Of a stretch of 30,276 nucleotides of DNA, positions 23,346 through 30,276 are shown in pieces. Origin of the DNA: Catajapyx aquilonaris (taxonomy: Eukaryota); NCBI GenBank assembly GCA_000934665.2, contig JYFJ02001085.1, positions 62,001-92,276 of the forward strand, written 5' to 3'. The number at the start of each line of letters is the position of its first letter. Position 1 is the stretch's first letter. The notes under the pieces were generated by a model, which worked only from the letters and a program-made list of their open reading frames with translations, was not told where the DNA came from and searched no databases. The translations under genes and the position numbers were made by a program.

Positions 23346-24214
23346 ACGTTGCATTTTGTGATAAGAAGGTACCGCTTGGCACATATTTTCCCTAGGTCTG
23401 TAGGAGTCGTTTGAGAGATGGCGGCACTTGATCGGCTCCTTAGGTCAGGAGTTATGCGGTGTTGCCAACCTGGTCCTGGACCTAAGCGTTTTGAACCATT
23501 TTTAACTTTGCATTTTGGGATTTTGACAAGCATGTTCCCCAGGCCTAGAGGATCCATTTGAGAGTTGGTGGCACCTGATCGGCCCCTTAGGTCGCGAGTT
23601 ATGCGGTTATGCTTAGGTCCGGGACCATGTTGGCAACATCGCATAACTCCTCACCTAAGGAGCTGATCATGTGCTGCCATCTCTCAAATAGATCCTATAG
23701 ACCTAGGGAACATGTCTGCCAAGTGGCACCTTCTTATCACAAAGTGCCGAGTTAAAAAGCTTAGTTCCCTGATCAGGTTGGCAACATCGCATAACTTGTG
23801 ACCTAAGGGGCCGATCAGTTGCCTGCAACTCTGAAATTGCTCCTATAGGCCTAAGGAACATAAATGTACCTAGTGGCACCTTCTTATCCCAAAATGCAAA
23901 GTTAAAAATGGTTCAAAACGCCTAGGTCCAGGACCAGGTTGGCAACACCGCATAACTCCTGACCTAAGGAGCCGATCAAGTGCCGCCATGTCTCAAACGA
24001 CTCCTACAGGCCTAGGGAACATATGTGCCAAGCGGCACCTTCTTATCACAAAATGCAACGTTAAAAACGCTCAGGTCATCCCCGGCCATGTTGGCAACAC
24101 CGCATAACTCGTGACCTAAGGGGCCGATCAGTTGCCTGCAACTCTGGAATTGCTCCTATAGGCCTAGGGAACATATGTGCCAAGTGGCACCTTCTTATCA
24201 CAAAATGCAAGGTT
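23346..24214. repeat. Head-to-head array of a ~150-bp unit: about 2 inverted copies followed by 4 direct copies
   Basis: Direct units start GTTGGCAACA at 23629, 23777, 23938 and 24090. 23346-23521 is the reverse complement of 23886-24061 (5 mismatches in 176 bp by manual count). Confidence 0.92.
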
Positions 24215-26429
24215 ATAGGCCTGATTTTTGCGCTTAGGGCCCGGACTAATATGGTATATTGCTTTAAAATTTTCCAGGAGTATCAATACATATGTATATG
24301 TAAGTTACTGTACATTATGTGCGGTAATCGTACAGTACATTCATATCATAATAATTTACATGGTGATTGTCTTGCACTTAGATTATGGCGGAGTTCTTAT
24401 TGTACGTATGTTTTGTTTGGCGTCGTTTGGCGTTCAAACTTTGCATTACGTATACGAGTATACAGGGTGCCCCAGGTGAATTTCAAGTGTCACTATGTCA
24501 GGATCGTTTTCAATTATCGCTAATATTGCCCGAAGTAGTTGTTGTGTGAAGCTCGTTGCTCCCCGATCGAGGTGCCAAATCATTTCCAGGTGGTCCAGGT
24601 TGCTAGGTAATAGGCGAGGTTGGCCTAATATGGCACCTGGGTCGTGGCGCACAAGCTACATAAAAATAACAGCTTAGAGTGATATTTCCTATAACTAAAC
24701 TAAAGGGCCATGTGGGTCTTACAATATTATTGAAATTGTTTCTTTTGCTTCAGCACTGACCAACTTCTATCTCAAAAACTGACATCAAACGGCATCAAAC
24801 CTGGTTCGTAATGAAATATTCTGTTAAAACCCGAGTCATATTTTAATAAGTAAAACTGCCTCACATTGATACCAATATTTCGTTTGTGTTGGTACTTATT
24901 ATATTGATACAGTACTACTATTTCGAGTGACCCAAATTCGAGCCAATTTGCACGTGAGCTTATTCCTTGGTTGAACCCACTTTTTGCACATTTTCTGAGT
25001 GAAAATGATGCAAAGTTATATAACCTGCTCCTATTAAGTGATACCCTAATAATAGTGACTTTTTAATGTAAGTTATTTATAATATAAGGCTCGCAAGTCA
25101 CAATATAAAGGAACATCTCAATAATATCGAAATGTTCCTTATCTAAGGGGTAGTCAGCAAGAAAGGAGGCGCAAGTTAACCGCCCTTATTAACTAAATTC
25201 TAAAACACACTCTTAAAACTATAAAACAAGTTGTAAAACACTAACACAATCAACTAGGAAACCCCAAAGCAAAATAACCTATTAAAACCTTGCACCAGTG
25301 AGCCTAAAGTGTGAGCAAAAACAACCTTTAATAGGCCTCATGCAGCTACATCCATGATCCCCTTGACACAATCATGCTGCACGTCGTGACACTAACATCA
25401 CCAAGTGAGTTATGTCTTAAGCGTCCCGCTTATGGCATCGCCCTCTTGGTCCAGCCATAATTATATTCCTAGGCCTACACTGGCCGATCAGCACCCATAC
25501 CCATTCTTACAACTGCTCCAGAATAACCTTCTTTGAAATCTCATTTTACTTTATCCTTTCCATATGACTACCACCTTAGAGTAGACCTACCCGTTTTATT
25601 TGACAGTTTTCTTAACGTCACACATTATTTTGCTAAACATCCTAATTTCATCTAACTTACTTCTTAGTAAGACCAAAAACAAACCGAAGGTAAACGCATC
25701 TCTGTATAGTCAACAACCTGGTCTCCCTGGTGTTAATTAATCAAACCTATGTTTAATTTACCGTACAGTACTGTGCAACTGCTGGCGTCACGTCATGCTG
25801 AAGACACATTTTTCTGCGTATCGTCATTAGCATCTCCAGCATCTGGGTAAAGTGCTCTCCAGAAATCTTCCACAACGAAGACGTCAGGCAAAATGATGTA
25901 GCCAGCCAATCTGGACTCGCACACGCAGTGGACTGAATACCTTTACACCATTATCAATCCAAACCACATGCATATCTTGGCAGAAACTGACTGTCAAATG
26001 CACCCAACCCAGCTGATATATAGCCTAGTAAAAAGTGGGTCATAATCTTTAAAAATATGCTGAGTGTATGCCGTTGTGTTCTTGACTATGTAATAACTTA
26101 CAAGCAACCTGGTGGAGACCTAACTTTTCAGACTCTGGCCTCGTTTGGATGGATGCAAACCTTCCAGGATATGCTACGCTACAAGGTGAAAACCCAATTT
26201 TCTCAGTAATTAGGCTGCGGTTACCAAATGACCCCACTACATAAAATGATGCTCTGACTCGTATGGGGTTACGGTAAAAGTTTCATGGGGTGAAACACCC
26301 TGCATATCCAAACTTCAACCAGTATTTACACACTACTTGTATAGTATTTTAGTAAAGTGAGCTGATTGTTTGAAAATATATGTCTAACAACAATGAAAGT
26401 CATGCCAAAGATATCTGCAGTTTTCCCTC

Positions 26430-26760
26430 CCACGCTACTGGCTCCACGCTTCTATACCCCCATGTCCGCCGAGTTCACTTAGGTGATTATAGAAGAAGGC
26501 GGTGGGGGAGGAAAGGTGGGAGGAATGGGGAGAGAATGGCGAGGTATGAGCGTGAGTGAGTGCGGGCTGCGATAAGAGAAGGCCGGTGCAATTAGCTCGG
26601 AGAATAACAGACGGAATGTCCGACAGGCCAGGCGCCACACAGCCTACACACCCCCAACCACCCACCTCCAACCACCCCCACCCATGCTCCAACCTTCCCA
26701 TTCACCCCCGACAAATCCTTCCGACACGATATGTTGCAGAAAAGGGTATTCTCAGAAATA
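26430..26760. promoter_or_regulatory. Candidate enhancer 3' of the Sp gene
   Basis: G-rich half then C-rich half with many GGTGGG/CACCC boxes, plus GATAAG (26571), CAGAC (26608), GGAATG (26613) and GGCGCC (26631). Confidence 0.4.
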
Positions 26761-27591
26761 ATGTTGCGACCTCGGATATTTTGACCTTTCTCTGGTTTTT
26801 ACACCAGTTCATAACTAGACGAGAACTTCAATAATAATTTAATATGCATTCATTTAACCATTGTAAAAACCAGATTAAAACCAATATTGCGTAGTAGTTT
26901 TATTTTGCTTATACTAACCTGACAAAATCTGGGCATCCATTGGAGTTAGCTTACTCTTGTATTCCACACACTCTCGGAAGAGACAACCCAAACAACTCCA
27001 AGAGGACTTCGTGGGGAGGGGGTCACTACAAACGTGTTGCTGTGCAATACCTACATGTCAGACAAGTATCGTTTCCACGTGGATGGGTGTTGAATCACCG
27101 GATGCAACTTTCCTGAAAATTTCATGCATGTGTGATGGTCCCTTCTATGCTTTCCGAGGGGTCAGTGCAAGAAGTGCACAAGTCCTTTTTTCCCCCCCTC
27201 ACTGGAGTTAGCTCGGTTTTGTTTTCCATGGTTCAATTGTATTCGAGTGTCAAACACTATTGGAGAGTATAGGTTGTCAGAAAAACGAGACGACGAGAGG
27301 AAAAACGAGAGGACGATATCGAACCTAACAGATCACGTTTAGCAATCACCATATAGGCCATGCCAAAGCATATTCACAAGGAAATTAAGCAGAGATAGAA
27401 TATCGCTTGTTGGGTAATCTCCGTAGCATGCCCACATATATGTTATTGAAGAAATGCGTTGAAAAAAACTGTAATTGATGAGTAAGTGATTTTCAAAAAA
27501 AAGTAATTAAATGACATAATATTTACGATAATTTTTTATGTTATGACACCATACATTTCAGAAATATGTGAGTGAGAGTGTGTTATTTGAT

Positions 27592-27597
27592 TTTATT
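27592..27597 (-). promoter_or_regulatory. Possible polyadenylation signal of the Sp gene
   Basis: First canonical AATAAA (TTTATT on +) I found downstream of the stop codon; would imply a ~1.5 kb 3'UTR. A non-canonical site closer to the stop is equally possible. Confidence 0.25.
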
Positions 27598-27961
27598 AGC
27601 ATCATTCTCGGTGTCAGTGGTTGATCATATTTCAAATCTGAGACCCTTCCTCTATTAGTTAAAGTATGAGGCAATTTGACAAAAAATTAGCAGCTGCGGT
27701 ATAATGACCGCATAATTGCAGTGAACCTACAAATCTGCTTCTTAACATGCAAATCTCGCAGGCAAATTATCGCAAAAATCCATAGCCATTCAAGAAATAA
27801 ATGGATCACGTTGAATTTGTGTAGGCCTACATGGTATCTATGTTATTGTCATTCTTAGTCACGCACTCACAAATTATCTAAGCATGACCTTAAAATGCAA
27901 TATTATTGTTTGGAAAAAGCCGACACCCGTCAAATGTACAGTACGGTACAGTCAGTATACG

Positions 27962-27998
27962 GTTGTTGTTGCTGCTGCTGCTGCTGCTGTTTTTTTTT
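27962..27998. repeat. Compound microsatellite (GTT)n(GCT)n followed by a T run
   Basis: Seen directly in the sequence. Confidence 0.85.
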
Positions 27999-29131
27999 AC
28001 ACGAAAATGTATTGTAGGATTCTTGTGTCCCGCAGGTTTGCTGCGAAATCTGAGTTGTATGAATAAACTAATGGCTGACAAATAATTGTAATTATAGATG
28101 AATAATCAAATTCTACAGAAATTTATACAAGGTTGGTGTTTCAGATGTTCAATTTATATTTATGTACTGTATTAATATTGAATTTTTTGGCCTTCAAAGC
28201 TTCATGAATGCAACAGTTAGTGGGAAACTTACAGGAATTCAGTAAAAGTCAGTAGTTGAAATAAGACATTTTTGAGAAGATTTGACATCAATGAGGAAAA
28301 TTAGTGTATGTTATTGAAATTAAAATTAAAATGCCAGAAATGTGATCGTGATCGGATACTGTACTGCCATCTGTGAAGGACAATTTTTAGAGTAGAACTC
28401 GAGAATGACCAAAATAATTATACGATGTCTGTACTCTGTAGCAATATTTTTCATTATCTACAAAATGGATTGTCACGCGTACAATATGAACACATGAATT
28501 TTAAACTTAATGCTTATTTCGCAACGATTGGCAAAAAACAACATTATGGCACATTGCTTATGTGAAACTAGAATATAGTCAGACTATTACAATTAAACAC
28601 TTATGGCTAAATAGACAATCATGTGGATCCAAAATTAGCTTATATTTTACATAACAGTTTCATATTGTCCAGATCGGTCCAGCTATTTAAAAAAAATGTT
28701 TTTATGTATTTTACGTAATATATGACAAATTGTAATCATCATTTTTCTCTACGACTGATCTGGTACTCATAATCATAAGGTAAATTAATGTTATTGCTGG
28801 AAATATTTTTCAACTTGACATGTTCGACAATTTATAAGCCAGCAGGAAGACAACTCGATTCATTGAAAACAACATGACATAGCTAATTTATCTCTCACCC
28901 TGGAGGACTGCACCATGGTCAACAATAATCTACACACAACTGTTGTCACATATGCCTGAGGAACTCAATTAGTAAGCATATGCAGTAATACCTAGATACA
29001 GTATATAGTAATTATTGAATAATTGAGTTATACAATATTGATTCAATAAATTTTGAAGGCTATGTCATGAAGAAATCAATATTTAAAAACCATTTATGCA
29101 TATCAGTCAGTTGGATAAAATTAGTAAACCT

Positions 29132-29434
29132 CTAAGAGTTTTGAGATGTCTTTTCTTGAACTGGTGACACAATGGCATTTGCACTGTTTGCTGTGCAGAC
29201 GACAGCTGGCGTGGAGTTGTATACTGGTTTGCTTGAATCAACGTGGGTCTTCAGATGCTTAGCCAGATGATCAGATCTCATGAATCTCTTGGCACACTGA
29301 TGACAAGCGAATCTCTTCTCGCCAGTGTGTGTCCGTAGGTGACGCTGAAGTTCGTCGGAGCGAGTGAAACTCTTTCCGCAGAACATCCAGTGGCAGACAA
29401 ATGGTCTCTCTCCTGCATGCCATCGCAGATGAGC
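29132..29434 (-). CDS. Sp5: Terminal coding exon of an Sp-family C2H2 zinc-finger transcription factor, Sp5/buttonhead-like (end of finger 1, fingers 2-3, short C-terminal tail)
   Basis: Minus strand reads ttaatttcAG|GCT, then [70 protein letters not shown]...[12 protein letters not shown] and FMRSDHL are diagnostic of the Sp family. GKSF and HLAKH match Sp5 rather than Sp6-9 (GKRF/HLSKH). The acceptor AG is at 29436-29435, in frame with the supplied 29132..29386 ORF. Family assignment is near certain; Sp5 orthology is less so. Confidence 0.9.
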   Translation of the reverse strand, partial: AHLRWHAGERPFVCHWMFCGKSFTRSDELQRHLRTHTGEKRFACHQCAKRFMRSDHLAKHLKTHVDSSKPVYNSTPAVVCTANSANAIVSPVQEKTSQNS

Positions 29435-30276
29435 CTGAAATTAATAACATTATGATGTCTGCGATTTTATATCCATGGCAACTATTTAAATTGGCACAAA
29501 ACTCTCATAGAGGTTAAAATTTACAGATATATAATTCAAATCTGCAGTCTAATAAACGAGAATGCTAAATATAAACCCTTCAAAATAACACTTTGGCGTT
29601 CTATTTTCATTATCATTACCCGGACAGGTCACGAAAAAACTGGCCAACTCACTCGAGGGCTTATCAGTTACTTGTCATGATATTTTAGACATTGACATTT
29701 GAGTCTCTTGCACGAAAATGTTGGAAGGGGTTTAAAAAAACCGAGTAAAAACACAGTATGTATGTAGCTCATTTTGATATAAACAATTGAAAACAATATC
29801 CTCACATTGTCCATCTCAAAATACTATACACTGTATTAACATAATCATGGTTGGTCTTGTGGTCGGTTCATGAACGTTAATTGTGCTAAGTTATTAACAT
29901 TGGTATAGTAACCCTACCATAATTAAGCCAAACTTTTAAGTAATATTTGTGGAAAATATGGCAGAATCGAATCAAAAACATTAACAAAGAGAATGATGGC
30001 TTGGTCATATTGAACTTGTAAATATTATATCATGCATGCATACAAATATTAGCTATGCACATCATCTGAAAAATGTTCATAGTAAAAAAAATTCTTACAT
30101 CACAAAGTTTGCTCCGATTTAGTTTCTGGGTCAAATGCCTTGAGTAATTAAGAATTTTTATATTCTGCTATATTTAGTCACTAGCAGGATACCCGGCGTT
30201 GCTCGGGTTATGAAATACTTTTCCATAGGAGTGACCCATTGATTTGGTAGTAATCTTTGCAATAATGGGGAAGTGG
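29435..30276 (-). other. Intron of the Sp gene (phase 0, within zinc finger 1), continuing beyond the window
   Basis: TTTCAG acceptor directly upstream of the exon; AT-rich sequence; the expected upstream ...GKVYGKTSHLK coding sequence is not seen in the window. Confidence 0.75.
30181..30276 (-). mobile_element. Helitron 3' end (element continues beyond the window)
   Basis: Minus strand reads ACCCGAGCAACGCCGGGT (GC hairpin), ATCCTG, then CTAG|T: the canonical Helitron subterminal hairpin, CTRR end and following T. Confidence 0.75.

Noticed and set aside
23346..24214. CRISPR array, or a coding repeat (ORF 23336-23644)
   Set aside because: Units are ~150 bp with no unique spacers, the context is eukaryotic, and the ORF just reads through the repeat.
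26435..26834. Pro/His-rich and Gly/Trp-rich ORFs
   Set aside because: Explained by the C/G-run composition; no domain or splice support.

Overview
AT-rich animal genomic DNA, probably an invertebrate (taxon cannot be determined from the sequence). The only convincing coding sequence is the last exon of an Sp-family C2H2 zinc-finger gene, most like Sp5/buttonhead, on the minus strand at 29132-29434; the gene continues past the right edge. The other ~29 kb, downstream of this gene, shows no recognisable exons. It has several GC-richer islands dense in developmental transcription-factor words (Sp/KLF, TCF, Cdx/Hox, ETS, Meis, Otx, a strong CTCF match) that read as candidate enhancers. It also holds many small mobile elements: a tRNA-derived SINE with TSD, two very short 5'-truncated retroposon insertions with long TSDs, a nested Tc1/mariner-type MITE containing a (CA)n-flanked element with (CCTAA)n, a Tigger/pogo-like MITE, foldback elements, a head-to-head ~150-bp repeat array, a 187-bp near-perfect duplication and a Helitron 3' end in the intron. 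I found no convincing new protein-coding system. The most unusual items are the repeat architectures and words shared between the regulatory islands. All coordinates and alignments were read by eye.
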